A DNA stretch of 64,000 nt, from positions 6,947-70,946 of the forward strand of contig JAEFAM010000001.1 in NCBI GenBank assembly GCA_016287565.1, given 5' to 3'. Source of the stretch: Clostridia bacterium (GTDB taxonomy: Bacteria > Bacillota > Clostridia > UBA1212 > UBA1255). The notes below the pieces were generated by a model. The model was not told the DNA's origin. It did not search any database and saw only the letters and a program-made list of their open reading frames with translations. Shown piece by piece: positions 19,917 through 30,762 of the stretch. Within the stretch, counting starts at the first letter, position 1; every line of letters starts with the position of its first letter. A program made the position numbers and the translations under genes.

Positions 19917-20684
19917 TCAGTTCTCGCCAATTTCTCTGTCTCCGGTCATTTTCCGCATGCCCCGCGGCAGCGCGTCCCTGGAATTTTTCCAGGGCTCCTG
20001 GGCGTTGCGGTAATCGAACTTTTTAGTAAACCAGTTGACCTCGTCCTGAATGCGGGAGAGGTTGTCCAGCTGCTGGGCCACCAGCGCGGAAAGGAACGCG
20101 TCCTGCCTGCCCGAGGAAAGCATTGACCCGGCCCTGTCGCACAATATGTCGAAATGCCGCATGCAATAACCCTGGCCGCCGTCGAAACGCTCCCGGAACT
20201 CCTTGTTTGAAAAATACAGGTGGAATATCACGTCGATATACCTGTCCATCGTCTTTTCCAGGTCCCGGCAGATGCAGCATTTTTCGCTGTGCTTTTCCCA
20301 ATAGTCGCGCATGCCCTGGGCCGCCCGCTGGCTGTCCTTGCCTTTTCCCTTGAGTCCTCCGAAAAGCGACTTTTTCGCCCCTTCCTGTTCCTTCGGCTTC
20401 TCGCCGGCGATCTTTCTCAGCCGGTTTATCTGCTCCGTCATATAAGTGTCGAGAATCAGCCCCAGCCCCAGCCGGTTGGTCTGGGTCTTGTACATCATCT
20501 TGAAATGCTTCCCGCAGAAGCCGTTGTCGTTAGTGTCGATCCTGTTCTCGGGCTCCATCAGCGAAGGGCCCAGGTAATAATTGACCCTGTCGTTTTCAAA
20601 ACGGGCCTCCAGCGCGCATAAGGGACACTCGCACGGCGTTTCGTACGCCTCGGTAACGGGTATCGTATATATGGTATCCTGCAT
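19917..20684 (-). CDS. Conserved hypothetical Cys/His-rich protein with two C-x-C-x2-C ... [FY]C-x2-HF modules (possibly DUF6062-like; recollection only)
   Basis: The N-terminal half has PCECPLCALE ... FCGKHF and the C-terminal half has CCICRDLE ... YCMRHF. Its start abuts the stop of the upstream P-loop gene (20685/20684). Confidence 0.6.
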   Translation of the reverse strand: MQDTIYTIPVTEAYETPCECPLCALEARFENDRVNYYLGPSLMEPENRIDTNDNGFCGKHFKMMYKTQTNRLGLGLILDTYMTEQINRLRKIAGEKPKEQEGAKKSLFGGLKGKGKDSQRAAQGMRDYWEKHSEKCCICRDLEKTMDRYIDVIFHLYFSNKEFRERFDGGQGYCMRHFDILCDRAGSMLSSGRQDAFLSALVAQQLDNLSRIQDEVNWFTKKFDYRNAQEPWKNSRDALPRGMRKMTGDREIGEN

Positions 20685-21551
20685 TTATTTTGCCTCCTTA
20701 ACGGCTCCCGCAGGCTCCGGGGCCTCTCCCTCGGCCTTTCTCTTGGTGATGTTCTTGGCGGTCAATACCACGGAAACGGAGTTCAGGGAGGTGTATTTTT
20801 CGATCTCCTCCGCGATCTCCTTCCGCAGGCCCGAAAACACTTCCGGTATCCTGTATCCGTAAAACAGGACAATGTCCATCTCAACCCGGATGCCGTCCTC
20901 CGCCTTGTCCGCCCGGAACCGGGTTATCCGGGCAACCGCCTCGTTCTTCTTCGCAGCGTGTTCGGCCAATTGATAGATCGTATAGTCCGATATGGTGAAC
21001 TTGCCCAGATAGCTGTAAGTTGGCCGGATAACGGACTTCTCCCCCATGGTCTCGAAGCTGCCCGCGCCTCTCCTGCGAAGAATGTTGAGCGGATCCAGCA
21101 TGACGCCGGAAAAGTCCTTCTTAAGTTCCATCGTAGGCACCGGGATGACGTGCTTGCCTTCCATCCGGCGGGTGTTCAGCGCCTGCTGTATCTCATAGGG
21201 GCTGGAAATGTCCTGGATATATATGGTCTCGTCGATCTCCCCCAGCCCCAGCCGGGCGGCGATCTTCTGCACCATGGCGTCGGAAGTGCCCAGGATAAGC
21301 ACGCTCCGGGCGTTGTTCTCCTTAAGAGCGCTCCTGAGCTCGAACGCGTGGGCGTCTTCGGTCAATACCGCCGTCTTGATGGCGGCCACCCTGGTCTTTT
21401 CCGCCTTGGCGGATTTCCCCGCCAGGACGGAATTTCCCTTTATCAGGAGGCCGTCGTCAATCACGAACTCGATATTGTGTTCTTTGGCGACCCACAGCGA
21501 CCGGTGGCTTTTCCCCGTGCCGCTGGCGCCTACCAGCGCGCAAACGTACAT
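20685..21551 (-). CDS. P-loop NTPase domain fused to an Asp23/Gls24-like C-terminal domain
   Basis: Walker A LVGASGTGKS lies at residues 6-15, with a Walker-B-like VLILGTSD. The C-terminal ~110 aa (ISDYTIYQLAEHAA...GIRVEMDIVLFYGYRIPEVFSGLRKEIAEEIEKYTSL) resembles Asp23 family proteins. Confidence 0.6.
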   Translation of the reverse strand: MYVCALVGASGTGKSHRSLWVAKEHNIEFVIDDGLLIKGNSVLAGKSAKAEKTRVAAIKTAVLTEDAHAFELRSALKENNARSVLILGTSDAMVQKIAARLGLGEIDETIYIQDISSPYEIQQALNTRRMEGKHVIPVPTMELKKDFSGVMLDPLNILRRRGAGSFETMGEKSVIRPTYSYLGKFTISDYTIYQLAEHAAKKNEAVARITRFRADKAEDGIRVEMDIVLFYGYRIPEVFSGLRKEIAEEIEKYTSLNSVSVVLTAKNITKRKAEGEAPEPAGAVKEAK

Positions 21552-21571
21552 CCGCGTCTATCTCCGAACCG

Positions 21572-24253
21572 TCAGTCGTCAGTTTCCTTCTCGCCGTTTT
21601 CTCCGGCACCGTCTTCATCCGCACCGTCTTCCGCGGCATCGTCCGCGTCTCCGGCGTCGTCGATCTCTTCATTGTCAAGGATCTCGTCCTCGGCGCCCTC
21701 GGCGAACTCGCCCTCTATGGCGTCTCCGACGTCTCCGGCATCTCCCTCGGCGCCTTCCACGGTCTCGGGAATGGCCACTTCCTCACCCTCGTCGTAGGTG
21801 GTAGCGGCGCAGGAAACAATGTAATTGTCCTCAGACGCCTTCATAAGCGTAACGCCTCTGGCGGTGCGGCCGAAAATGCTGATGTCCTTGGCGTGCACGC
21901 GAATGATGGTGCCGTTGTTGGTGATCATCATCACGTCGTTGTCCTCGTCCACCATCAGCAGGCCCACGAGATGGCCGGTCTTGGGCGACATCTTATAAGT
22001 GATGATACCCTTGCCGCCTCTGGCCTGGCGCCTGTAATCGTCAACGCTGCCGCGTTTGCCGAAGCCGAATTCGCTGATGAGCAGCGGCGTCTTGCCTTCG
22101 CGGCAGAGGTCGAATCCGATGACGTAATCTCCCTCCCGGAGCATCATGCCGCGGACGCCCATGGAAGCTCTTCCGGTCTCCCTCACGTCGTCGAGGCCGA
22201 ACCTGATGGCAAGGCCGTTGCGCGTCACGAACAGCACGTCCTCGTCGTCGGCCAGGCGGACGTTGACCAGCGAGTCGTCGTCCCTGAGGTCGATGGCGAT
22301 GATGCCCGCGGCCCTGACGTTGGCGTACAGCGACAGAGACGTCTTTTTGACCACGCCGTTCCTGGTGCCGAACAGCAGGTATTTGGCGTCTTCAAAGCTT
22401 CTGATGGCAATGACGGAGGCAACTTTTTCTCCTTCCGTGAGCCGCAGCAGATTGACCACCGCGGTGCCCTTGGCCGTTCTGCCGGCGTCGGGTATCTCGT
22501 ACCCTTTAAGAGAGTACATGCGGCCTTTGTCCGTGATGAACAGGAGCGTGTCGTGAGACGACGTGATGATGAGCCGCTCCACGAAATCTTCCTCTCTGGT
22601 GCCCGCGCCCGCGATGCCCTTGCCGCCTCTGTGCTGGGCCCTGTAAGTATCCGCGGAAGTCCTTTTTATGTACCCCAGGTGGGTGAGCGTCACCGCGATA
22701 TCGTGCTCGTTGATCAGATCCTCGAGATCGATCTCTCCCTCGTAAGGCAGGATCTTGGTACGTCTCTCGTCCGCGTACTGCGCCTTGATGGCAAGTATCT
22801 CGTCTTTTACCACGCCCATAAGTTTCTTCTCGTCTTCCAGAAGGCTTCTGAAGTAGGCGATCTCTTCGAGCTTGGCGTTGTATTCTTCAAGGACCTTGTC
22901 ACGCTCCATGCCGGTCAGGCGTCCCAGCCTCATATCTACTATGTACTGCGCCTGCCTCTCGGTGAATTCGAACCGCTCCATGAGCCCCTGCTTGGCCTCG
23001 GGCTCCGTGCGGGATTCGCGGATGATGCGGATGACTTCGTCGATGTTGTCCAGGGCAATAAGGCTGCCTTCCAGTATGTGCGCGCGGTCAAGATCTTTGT
23101 CCAGATCGAACTGCGTCCTCCTGCGGACGACCGATTCCTGGTGCGCCAGGTAGTATTCCAGGGCCTCTTTAAGGTTGACCACCTTCGGCTGATAGGCGCC
23201 GTCCTCGCCGGGCACGCAGGTGAGCATGTTCACGCAGAATGCAGACTCCAGTTCGGTATATTTGTACAGCTGGTTCAGCAGCACGTTGGCGTTGGCGTCC
23301 TTCTTCAGTTCGATGACGATCCTGATGCCGGCCTTGCTGTACTCGTCGCGAAGGCCGCTGATGGCGTCGACCCTTTTATCCTTGACGAGTTCGGCGATCC
23401 TGGCCACCAGGTTCGCGTTGTTGACCATATAAGGCAGCTCGGAAACGATTATCTGCTGCCTGCCGTTGGGCAGTTCCTCGATATCGCACTGGGCCCGGAC
23501 AACGATCCTGCCTTTACCTGTAAGGTACGCTTCTCTGATCCCCTGTTTGCCCATAATGTTTGCCGCAGTTGGGAAGTCGGGGCCTTTTATGTACTGCATC
23601 AGTCCGTCGACCGTGATGTCGGGATCGTCGATGAGCGCCACCACGCCGTCGATGACCTCGCCCAGGTTATGGGGAGGAATGTTGGTGGCCATACCGACCG
23701 CGATGCCGGAAGAACCGTTGACCAGCAGGTTGGGGAAACGGGAGGGCAGCACCACAGGCTCTTCTTCGTGCTCGTCGAAGTTGGGCTTGAAATCTACCGT
23801 GTTCTTGTTGATGTCCGCCACCATTTCCAGAGCGATCTTGGTAAGCCTCGCCTCCGTGTAACGCATGGCCGCGGGAGGGTCGTTGTCTCTGGAACCGAAG
23901 TTTCCGTTTCCGTCCACCAGCACGGCTCTCATGGAGAAATCCTGGGCCAGCCTGACCAGCGCGTCATATATGGCGGCGTCACCGTGGGGGTGGTATTTAC
24001 CCATGACCACACCGACGGTGGTGGCGCATTTTCTGTATGCTTTATCAGGCGTGTACCCCTCTTCGAACATGGTGTAGATGATACGCCTGTGGACCGGCTT
24101 GAGTCCGTCTCTTACGTCGGGCACCGCGCGGTCGACGATAACGCTCATGGCATATTCGATGAAGGACTGTTTCATTTCCTTCTCGATCTCTCTCGGGACC
24201 ACTCTGTGTTCTACCCGGAACGCCTCGGAATTTTTGTCTTCTTCTTTGATCAT
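21572..24253 (-). CDS. gyrA: DNA gyrase subunit A with ~75-aa acidic C-terminal tail
   Basis: Active-site region [14 protein letters not shown]-like [18 protein letters not shown] and six beta-pinwheel blades. The tail is [20 protein letters not shown]...ENGEKETDD. Confidence 0.97.
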   Translation of the reverse strand: MIKEEDKNSEAFRVEHRVVPREIEKEMKQSFIEYAMSVIVDRAVPDVRDGLKPVHRRIIYTMFEEGYTPDKAYRKCATTVGVVMGKYHPHGDAAIYDALVRLAQDFSMRAVLVDGNGNFGSRDNDPPAAMRYTEARLTKIALEMVADINKNTVDFKPNFDEHEEEPVVLPSRFPNLLVNGSSGIAVGMATNIPPHNLGEVIDGVVALIDDPDITVDGLMQYIKGPDFPTAANIMGKQGIREAYLTGKGRIVVRAQCDIEELPNGRQQIIVSELPYMVNNANLVARIAELVKDKRVDAISGLRDEYSKAGIRIVIELKKDANANVLLNQLYKYTELESAFCVNMLTCVPGEDGAYQPKVVNLKEALEYYLAHQESVVRRRTQFDLDKDLDRAHILEGSLIALDNIDEVIRIIRESRTEPEAKQGLMERFEFTERQAQYIVDMRLGRLTGMERDKVLEEYNAKLEEIAYFRSLLEDEKKLMGVVKDEILAIKAQYADERRTKILPYEGEIDLEDLINEHDIAVTLTHLGYIKRTSADTYRAQHRGGKGIAGAGTREEDFVERLIITSSHDTLLFITDKGRMYSLKGYEIPDAGRTAKGTAVVNLLRLTEGEKVASVIAIRSFEDAKYLLFGTRNGVVKKTSLSLYANVRAAGIIAIDLRDDDSLVNVRLADDEDVLFVTRNGLAIRFGLDDVRETGRASMGVRGMMLREGDYVIGFDLCREGKTPLLISEFGFGKRGSVDDYRRQARGGKGIITYKMSPKTGHLVGLLMVDEDNDVMMITNNGTIIRVHAKDISIFGRTARGVTLMKASEDNYIVSCAATTYDEGEEVAIPETVEGAEGDAGDVGDAIEGEFAEGAEDEILDNEEIDDAGDADDAAEDGADEDGAGENGEKETDD

Positions 24254-24472
24254 TTAATGACTCTCCTTGTAGGAAATTTCCGTCGAATATTATACTCTTT
24301 CCGGGCCTGTTTTTCAAGCCATCCAATGCCTTTCCAGGAGGACAATTTTTGGGTCAAATCGAAAATAATGCCGTTTTCCGCCTTTTCCCGGCGTTCGGCG
24401 TTCAAAACCGACCCCCTGTCGATTTTGAAGTCCGAATTCGATTACGGGCAATTTAGGTGCGTTTTTGAAGAT

Positions 24473-25537
24473 CTATGCCGCGGCGTCCGTCTGCTGCCTC
24501 GGCAGTTCGCTCCTGCGCAGATCGACCTCGTTCGCCTTCTTCGGGATCCTGATCAGAAGTTCGATATCGTCGTCCGTCTTGCGTTGTCCCGCCTGGATCA
24601 CCAGGCCTCCTTCTTTAGCGATCTCCACGATCTCTCTGATGGCGCGGATCAGCTGCCGGAGCTTTTCGGCGTTGTCCGCGGCTTTGTTTTTAGAGGCAAC
24701 GAATGCCCCCGTCTGGGTCTTGAACAGCCTGGCGGCTCTTTTGAAGTTCCGCTGCAGCTCCCGGTTGGTCCTCGACAGTATAGCGTCGACGTACTCTTCG
24801 GCCTCGGTCACGGTCATGTACCGCTCGGCCATTACTTCCGCGGCCATTTTCTGGATCTTGTCGTCGTAAAGCCGCACCAGTTCCCTGGCGTGACGCTCGG
24901 ACAGATTAAGTTCAGTGACTTTCCTTCTCACAGCGGGAGAAAGCATGAGCAGCCTGATCTTGTTAGAGACGTACGCCTGGCTTTTGCCCAGCTCCGCGGC
25001 AAGCTCCTTTTGAGAATATTCTCCGCTTTCCAGCACTCTCCTGTAATTGTCCGCTTCTTCGAAGAAATCCAGGTTCCCCGCGGCTTCGCGCATAAAGTTC
25101 AGGATCACCCTGGTGTCGTCGTCCGTCCCGCAGATCACCGCCGGTATCTCTTTAAGTCCCGCCTTTTTCGCCGCCGCCAGCCTGCGCCGCCCGGTAACGA
25201 TCTCGTATTGTCCGTTTTTGGTCCTGTAAACGCATATGGGATTGATGACGCCGTTCTCCTCCACGGACCTCATAAGGGCTTTGAAGTTCTTGCCCGTCTC
25301 AAGCCAGCCGGACGGACAACCGGCCCTGACGGAATTGACCGAAAGCCTCACCACAGAAACGTCGCCGCTGCCGGGAAGCCGGTTTTCGTCCCCGGATCCG
25401 GGCCTTTTCCTGCTCTTTCTGAGCCGCGACGTCTTTTCTTTCTCCTTTTCCTTCTCCTCTCCCTCTGCCTCTTCTGCGGGCCGTACCGCTTCGGTTTCCC
25501 CGGGTCCCGGCCATGCGATTCCCAAAACCTTTTTCAT
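24473..25537 (-). CDS. noc: ParB-family paralogue, Noc-like
   Basis: ATG at 25537 is preceded by AGGAGGAG; the ORF-track start at 25627 is rejected. It has the ParB N-domain motif YEIVTGRRRLAAAKKAGL and the HTH region GKSQAYVSNKIRLL ... SERHAREL. It sits in the rsmG-downstream position typical of noc, and NBS-type palindromes are present in the window. Confidence 0.7.
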   Translation of the reverse strand: MKKVLGIAWPGPGETEAVRPAEEAEGEEKEKEKEKTSRLRKSRKRPGSGDENRLPGSGDVSVVRLSVNSVRAGCPSGWLETGKNFKALMRSVEENGVINPICVYRTKNGQYEIVTGRRRLAAAKKAGLKEIPAVICGTDDDTRVILNFMREAAGNLDFFEEADNYRRVLESGEYSQKELAAELGKSQAYVSNKIRLLMLSPAVRRKVTELNLSERHARELVRLYDDKIQKMAAEVMAERYMTVTEAEEYVDAILSRTNRELQRNFKRAARLFKTQTGAFVASKNKAADNAEKLRQLIRAIREIVEIAKEGGLVIQAGQRKTDDDIELLIRIPKKANEVDLRRSELPRQQTDAAA

Positions 25538-25658
25538 GCTCTCCTCCTGAACGATATGATCTTCGCCAGGGCGTTTTCGGGCCGGTTTTTCCCTGTCCCT
25601 GAACGCCGTGGGAAATCGTTTATACACGGTTTCGGCGGAAATTGGAAGCGGAAAATTT

Positions 25659-25688
25659 CGACGTTTTTCGACGTTTTTCGACGTTTTA
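25659..25688. repeat. Three tandem 10-bp repeats CGACGTTTTT (TTCGACG cores, one helical turn apart)
   Basis: Units at 25659-25668, 25669-25678 and 25679-25688; the last ends in A. They lie in the rsmG-noc spacer about 120 bp upstream of the noc-like start. Confidence 0.85.
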
Positions 25689-25732
25689 CTGCCGTCGTTT
25701 TATAAAAAACAAACAAAACCGGCCGCTTTGTT

Positions 25733-25750
25733 GGAAATTTCAAAATTTCC
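25733..25750. promoter_or_regulatory. 18-bp palindrome GGAAATTT-CA-AAATTTCC
   Basis: Perfect 8-bp arms (25733-25740 and 25743-25750) in the rsmG-noc spacer. Function unknown. Confidence 0.4.
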
Positions 25751-25830
25751 GGGCGGTCGGTGTTAAAAAATTTTCGTTCGTGTGTCCTGCGGTGTGGCCG
25801 GTCGGGCGTCCGGCAGAGCGGTCTTTGCGC

Positions 25831-26565
25831 TCAAAGCGGCGCTTTCGAAGGCGTTCCGGGTCGCCTCGGATATCTGGCAGGCGTGGGAGCGGCCTTTCTG
25901 ACGCATATTATCCTTCTTTGAAGAGGCTCTGGCGAATCTTCCCCGGGTCCGAGCAGGAAAAGATCGTCGCATTCCGTCTCCCCTCCCAGCAGCCTGAGCG
26001 CCCTGTCGTATTTCTCCTCCGCGGGGCCCTTCATGGCAATGAACCTTCCTCCCGTTTTCACGAAAGGCAGGCAATATTCCGCCAGAACGTTCATGGGCGC
26101 CACGGCCCTTGCCACGGCAACGTCGTATTTCTCCCGGTACAGTCCGTTTCTGCCTGCGTCCTCCGCCCGGGCATGCACCGTGTCAACGTCCTCCAGCCCC
26201 AGCTCCCGGACCACCGTGTTCAGAAAACCGATCCTTTTCTCCAGAGAATCGAGCAGGGTCAATCTGATCTCCGGCCTCATTATCTTCAGCGGGATCCCCG
26301 GAAAACCGGCGCCGGTCCCCACGTCGATAAGCGATATCCCTTCGCCTTTTTCCCCGTCCGCCTCTTCCGCGATCCTGTCGATATACCTGAGCAGCGTCAG
26401 GCTGTCGGCAAAATGCCTCAAAGCCACGTCGTCAGGTTCCGTGATGGCCGTCAGGTTCATCACTTTGTTCCATTCGGTGAGTATTTCGAAATATTTCTGG
26501 AATTTTTCAGCGTTTTCCCGGGAAATTTCTTGTGATATTACCCGGGAAATAATATCAAGCTTCAT
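25831..26565 (-). CDS. rsmG: 16S rRNA (guanine527-N7)-methyltransferase
   Basis: SAM motif [15 protein letters not shown], downstream of mnmG. Confidence 0.92.
   Translation of the reverse strand: MKLDIISRVISQEISRENAEKFQKYFEILTEWNKVMNLTAITEPDDVALRHFADSLTLLRYIDRIAEEADGEKGEGISLIDVGTGAGFPGIPLKIMRPEIRLTLLDSLEKRIGFLNTVVRELGLEDVDTVHARAEDAGRNGLYREKYDVAVARAVAPMNVLAEYCLPFVKTGGRFIAMKGPAEEKYDRALRLLGGETECDDLFLLGPGEDSPEPLQRRIICVRKAAPTPARYPRRPGTPSKAPL
26513..26550. promoter_or_regulatory. Two NBS-like palindromes (13/14 matches each) inside the 5' end of rsmG
   Basis: TTTTCCCGGGAAAT at 26513-26526 and ATTACCCGGGAAAT at 26537-26550, compared with the consensus ATTTCCCGGGAAAT. Both lie in coding sequence. 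Confidence 0.45.
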
Positions 26566-28513
26566 TTTTACCGCCCTCGAATCTTCTGAGATACACCATC
26601 AGGGAAGCCACGTCCGCGGGAGAAACGCCCGTGATCCTCATGGCCTGTCCGATGGACCCTGGCCTTATCTTAGAAAGCTTCTCTCGCGCCTCGTTGGAAA
26701 TGCTGGGAACGTCTTTATAGTCGACGTCCTCCGGTATCTTCTGCTTTTCGCGCTTCTTGAACTGCTCCACCTGCAGAAGTTCCCGCTGTATGTAACCGCT
26801 GTACTTGACGACGATCTCCACCTGTTCCGCTTCCACCGGGCTCAGGCCGGAAATTTCCGGCGTTTCGGGCAATATTTCCCGCAATTTCGCGAAGGTCACC
26901 TCCGGCCTGCGGAGCAGATCTGCCGCGCAGACGCCGCTGGAGATCTCCGAACTGCCGATGCCCCGCAAAAAGCCGTTGACCCGCTCGTCGGGAGAGAGAT
27001 AGATGCGGCCCAGAAGCTCCACCGCCGCCTGAATATGCTGTTGACGCAGCACGAAACGGCGGTATCTGTCTTCCGAAATCAGGCCGATTTTGTGGCCCTT
27101 CTCTGTAAGGCGCGCGTCCGCATTGTCCTGCCGTAAAATAAGCCTGTATTCCGCCCTGGAAGTCATCATCCTGTAGGGCTCTTTAGTGCCCCGGGTCACC
27201 AGATCGTCTATGAGCACGCCGATGTAGGCTTCGCTCCTGTCAAGCACCAGAGGCTCTTCGCCTTTCAGCTTGAGCGCCGCGTTGATGCCGGCCATAAGTC
27301 CCTGCCCGGCCGCTTCCTCGTAACCCGAAGAACCGTTGATCTGACCGGCGCAGAACAACCCGTCCGCCAGTTTGCTCTCCAGAGAAAGCTTAAGTTCCCT
27401 GGCGTCGATGGCGTCGTATTCGATGGCGTACGCGGGACGCATGACGGAGACATTTTCGAGCCCCGGAATGGTATGGACGAAATCCAGCTGGACGTCTTCC
27501 GGAAGACTGGAAGAAAGGCCCTGAAGGTATACCTCCTCGGTCTCGCGGCCCAGCGGCTCCAGGAAGATCTGATGCCTCTCTTTATCCGCAAAACGCATTA
27601 TTTTGTCCTCTATAGAGGGGCAATACCTGGGCCCCACTCCCTCGATGCTGCCGTTAAACAGCGGCGAACGATGCAGATTGGCCTTTATTATGGCGTGGGT
27701 CTCTGCGTTGGTGTGGGTAAGGTAGCAGGGGATCTGCTTTCCGCCTCCCGCAACGCCGCGGGGGTCCAGGCTCTCCGGGTCCGGATCGAACTGGAACGTG
27801 AAAGGCGGCTCGTCGCCCTCCTGGATCTCGATGCCCGAATAGTCGATGGTAAAGCCGTTGACCCTGGGCGGAGTGCCGGTCTTCAGTCGGATAATGGTAT
27901 GGCCCAGTTTTTTCAGGCTCTCGGAAAGTCTGTTGGCCGGAAATTGACCGTCGGGACCGCTGCTGTAGGCGTTTTCACCCACGATGACCTTGCCCTTCAG
28001 GTAGGTTCCGGTGCAGGCGACAACGCATTTGCACCTGTAAAACGCGCCGAGATGGGTGACAACGCCGCAAACCCGCGGCTTTCCCGTATTTTCGTCGGTC
28101 TCGGACACGATCTCCACTATCTCTCCCTGCTTAAGGTCAAGATTCGGCGTGGTCTCCAGCTCGTGTTTCATATATATCTGGTATTGACGGCGGTCGATCT
28201 GGGCTCTGGGCGAATAAACGGCCGGGCCTTTCGCCCTGTTAAGGAAGCGCACCTGTATGGCCGTGGCGTCCGCGGCTCTGCCCATGGTGCCACCCAGCGC
28301 GTCGATCTCCCTCACCAGCTGCCCCTTTGCGGTCCCTCCGATGCTGGGGTTGCACGCCATGTTGGCGATCCCGTCAAGGGTGACCGCGAAGACCACGGTC
28401 TTGCGCCCGAGACGCGCAGCTGCCAGCGCAGCCTCGCAGCCCGCGTGCCCCGCTCCGATCACAGCTATGTCATATTCGCCGAAACAGCGTCTTTCTACTG
28501 AATTTTGCTCCAT
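26555..28513 (-). CDS. mnmG: tRNA uridine-5-carboxymethylaminomethyl synthesis enzyme MnmG (GidA)
   Basis: FAD motif [12 protein letters not shown], length and synteny. Confidence 0.97.
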   Translation of the reverse strand: MEQNSVERRCFGEYDIAVIGAGHAGCEAALAAARLGRKTVVFAVTLDGIANMACNPSIGGTAKGQLVREIDALGGTMGRAADATAIQVRFLNRAKGPAVYSPRAQIDRRQYQIYMKHELETTPNLDLKQGEIVEIVSETDENTGKPRVCGVVTHLGAFYRCKCVVACTGTYLKGKVIVGENAYSSGPDGQFPANRLSESLKKLGHTIIRLKTGTPPRVNGFTIDYSGIEIQEGDEPPFTFQFDPDPESLDPRGVAGGGKQIPCYLTHTNAETHAIIKANLHRSPLFNGSIEGVGPRYCPSIEDKIMRFADKERHQIFLEPLGRETEEVYLQGLSSSLPEDVQLDFVHTIPGLENVSVMRPAYAIEYDAIDARELKLSLESKLADGLFCAGQINGSSGYEEAAGQGLMAGINAALKLKGEEPLVLDRSEAYIGVLIDDLVTRGTKEPYRMMTSRAEYRLILRQDNADARLTEKGHKIGLISEDRYRRFVLRQQHIQAAVELLGRIYLSPDERVNGFLRGIGSSEISSGVCAADLLRRPEVTFAKLREILPETPEISGLSPVEAEQVEIVVKYSGYIQRELLQVEQFKKREKQKIPEDVDYKDVPSISNEAREKLSKIRPGSIGQAMRITGVSPADVASLMVYLRRFEGGKNEA

Positions 28514-28517
28514 TTTG

Positions 28518-30023
28518 TTATTTTCCCAGGCAGAATTTGCTGAATATCGTATCGATCACTTCGTCCGTAACGTTGCGGCCAGTGATCTCTCCCAGGGCCT
28601 GGGCGCATTCCCAGACGTCGTAGGCAATAAAGTCCAGAGGCCTTTTCTCCGCCGCGGAACCGATTGCCCTTTCGATGGCGGCAACGGCCCGGTCAACCAG
28701 ATTTTTGTGCCTTTCTCCCGTTATTATGGACCCTCCGCTTCCGGCGCCGTGGGCAACCAGGTATTCGGATATCTTGTCCGAAATCACCTTCGCACCGTCG
28801 TTTTTGGCGGAAATGTACAATATTTCGCCAGGCTTTCCGACTTTTTCGCCGTTTTCCCCCTCTTCGGAAGCGAAAAACTCAGAAACTTTCCGTTTTTGCG
28901 CCTCAAAACAGGCCCCGTCCGTCAGATCCGTCTTGTTCAGCGCGAAAATAACGTATTTTCCAGCGGTCTCGGCGGAAATTTCCCTGTAAAGTTCCAGATC
29001 TTCGTCGATATTATCCGAAAGATCCGCTAAAAACACCACCACGTCTGCGCGCCTCAACTCAGACCTCGCCCGCTCCACGCCCAGCTTCTCCACCGGGTCG
29101 GAAGCGTTCCTGAGCCCGGCGGTGTCGGTCAATATCACCGGAAAACCGGATATGTCCATGGACTCCTCCAGCGTGTCCCTGGTGGTGCCCGGGATGTCCG
29201 TCACGATGGCTCTTCCGAACCCCAGCAGCCCGTTCAAAAGCGAAGATTTACCCGCGTTGGGCCTGCCGGATATCGCCACCCGGAGCCCTTCACGGACGAT
29301 CCTGCCTTTTTCGTACGTGGAAGCCAGTTCCCGAAGTGCCTCTCCCGCGGAAGAAAGCGACTCTATGGCCTCGTTTATGATCTGTTCGTCCTCGTCGTAT
29401 TCGGGATAATCGATGGCGACCTCCAGCCGCGCCAGAGTCTCGTTGACCCGGACACAGATCGAATCGATCAGCCGCCCCAGCTCGCCGGACATCTGATCCA
29501 TTGCCGCCCTGCGGCTCTCCTCGGTCCTGGCCTGGATGAGCTCCGCCACCGCCTCGGCCTGAGTAAGGTCGATGCGCCCGTTCAGGAACGCCCTTTTGGT
29601 AAATTCTCCGGGCTCCGCGGGACGGACTCCCCGCCGGAACAGTATCCCCAGCACCCGTTTCATCACCGCGGTGCCGCCGTGGGTGTTGATCTCCACCACG
29701 TCTTCGCCGGTGTAGGACCTGGGGCCGCGCATCACCGAGACCAGGCACTCGTCGACGAGTTCCGGCGCTTCCGGCGCCCCCTCAGTTCCGCTTCCGTCGA
29801 CCGCGCCGTCCCCGGGATCGAAAATATATCCGTGCCTCAGGGTAAAAGAAGACATACGGACCACCTCGTGTGCGGTCCGTATGCAATAATCCTCGCTGTT
29901 TTTCCGTTTAGATGCAAAAATCCCGTCAACCGCGTTGACCGCGTCAGGCCCGCTCACGCGGATGATCCCGATGCCGCCGTTCCCGGGCGGCGTGGAAATT
30001 GCGCCTATGGTATCGCTGTTCAT
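28518..30023 (-). CDS. mnmE: tRNA modification GTPase MnmE (TrmE)
   Basis: G1 motif [12 protein letters not shown] and DTAGLR, with the C-terminal motif FCLGK. It carries two short acidic/Gly insertions. Confidence 0.95.
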   Translation of the reverse strand: MNSDTIGAISTPPGNGGIGIIRVSGPDAVNAVDGIFASKRKNSEDYCIRTAHEVVRMSSFTLRHGYIFDPGDGAVDGSGTEGAPEAPELVDECLVSVMRGPRSYTGEDVVEINTHGGTAVMKRVLGILFRRGVRPAEPGEFTKRAFLNGRIDLTQAEAVAELIQARTEESRRAAMDQMSGELGRLIDSICVRVNETLARLEVAIDYPEYDEDEQIINEAIESLSSAGEALRELASTYEKGRIVREGLRVAISGRPNAGKSSLLNGLLGFGRAIVTDIPGTTRDTLEESMDISGFPVILTDTAGLRNASDPVEKLGVERARSELRRADVVVFLADLSDNIDEDLELYREISAETAGKYVIFALNKTDLTDGACFEAQKRKVSEFFASEEGENGEKVGKPGEILYISAKNDGAKVISDKISEYLVAHGAGSGGSIITGERHKNLVDRAVAAIERAIGSAAEKRPLDFIAYDVWECAQALGEITGRNVTDEVIDTIFSKFCLGK

Positions 30024-30090
30024 TGTCCCTCGGTCGTTCGTACTCCGGTTCTGCGCCGGTCCCTGCGTTCTCCGTCCGTTCTTCCGGAAA

Positions 30091-30762
30091 TCAGAAAACT
30101 TTAACGTAAGGCTTCGGCTTTACAACAACGTAACGGTTGGGCTCTTCGCCTTCGCTCTCGGTTATGACCCGGCTGTTGGACTGAAGCGCCGTATGTATGA
30201 TCCTGCGCTCGGAAGCGGGCATGGGAGCCATGGAGACAGGCCTCTTGAACTTGGCAACTTTAGAAGCCGCCCTGTTGGCCATGCTGATGAGCGTCTGCTC
30301 TCTGTGCTTGCGGTAATCCGCCACGTCGATCTGAACGCGGATGTAATCGCCGGAATCTCTGTTGGCCACGATACCGGCCAGAGTATTAATGGCGTAGAGC
30401 GTGTCGCCGTGCTTGCCAATCAGATAGGCCACGTCGGTGCCGGAGATGTCCGCCTTGATCACGGGAACGCCGTCTTCCTCTTCTTCGCGGATATAGAATT
30501 TAACGTCAGCGTCGTCGGAATCCTTGCTGGCTTCCAGCAGAGTGTCAAGGAAATCGGAAACTCTGCGCAGCGGAGAAACGCTTTCGGTCACGCGGACGAC
30601 CGCGTCTCTGCCTCCCACGATGCCCAGCACGGCCTTCGCCCCGCTGTCGATTATCTCAACGTCAACGTCTTCCTGGTCCAGCCCAAGTTCGGCCAATGCC
30701 AGCTCGATCGCTTCTTCTACGGTTTTTGCGCTTTTTTCTACGGATCTTGCCATTTCAGACAC
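30091..30762 (-). CDS. jag: Jag/KhpB (KH + R3H RNA-binding protein)
   Basis: Jag_N-like N-terminus and a C-terminal R3H region (SERRIIHTALQ), downstream of yidC. Confidence 0.88.
   Translation of the reverse strand: MSEMARSVEKSAKTVEEAIELALAELGLDQEDVDVEIIDSGAKAVLGIVGGRDAVVRVTESVSPLRRVSDFLDTLLEASKDSDDADVKFYIREEEEDGVPVIKADISGTDVAYLIGKHGDTLYAINTLAGIVANRDSGDYIRVQIDVADYRKHREQTLISMANRAASKVAKFKRPVSMAPMPASERRIIHTALQSNSRVITESEGEEPNRYVVVKPKPYVKVF

Noticed and set aside
21893-25705. 1270-aa plus-strand ORF spanning the gyrA and noc-like regions
   Set aside because: It is entirely antisense to two strongly supported genes (gyrA and the ParB paralogue) and crosses their intergenic spacer. Its composition (V/H/D/G/R-rich) and lack of any recognisable motif are typical of stop-free antisense frames in GC-rich DNA.
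26847-26860. Perfect palindrome CCGGAAATTTCCGG inside mnmG as an NBS
   Set aside because: The half-sites are in the opposite order to NBS (GGAAAT.ATTTCC rather than ATTTCC.GGAAAT), and it lies in coding sequence. It is noted only as a curiosity.
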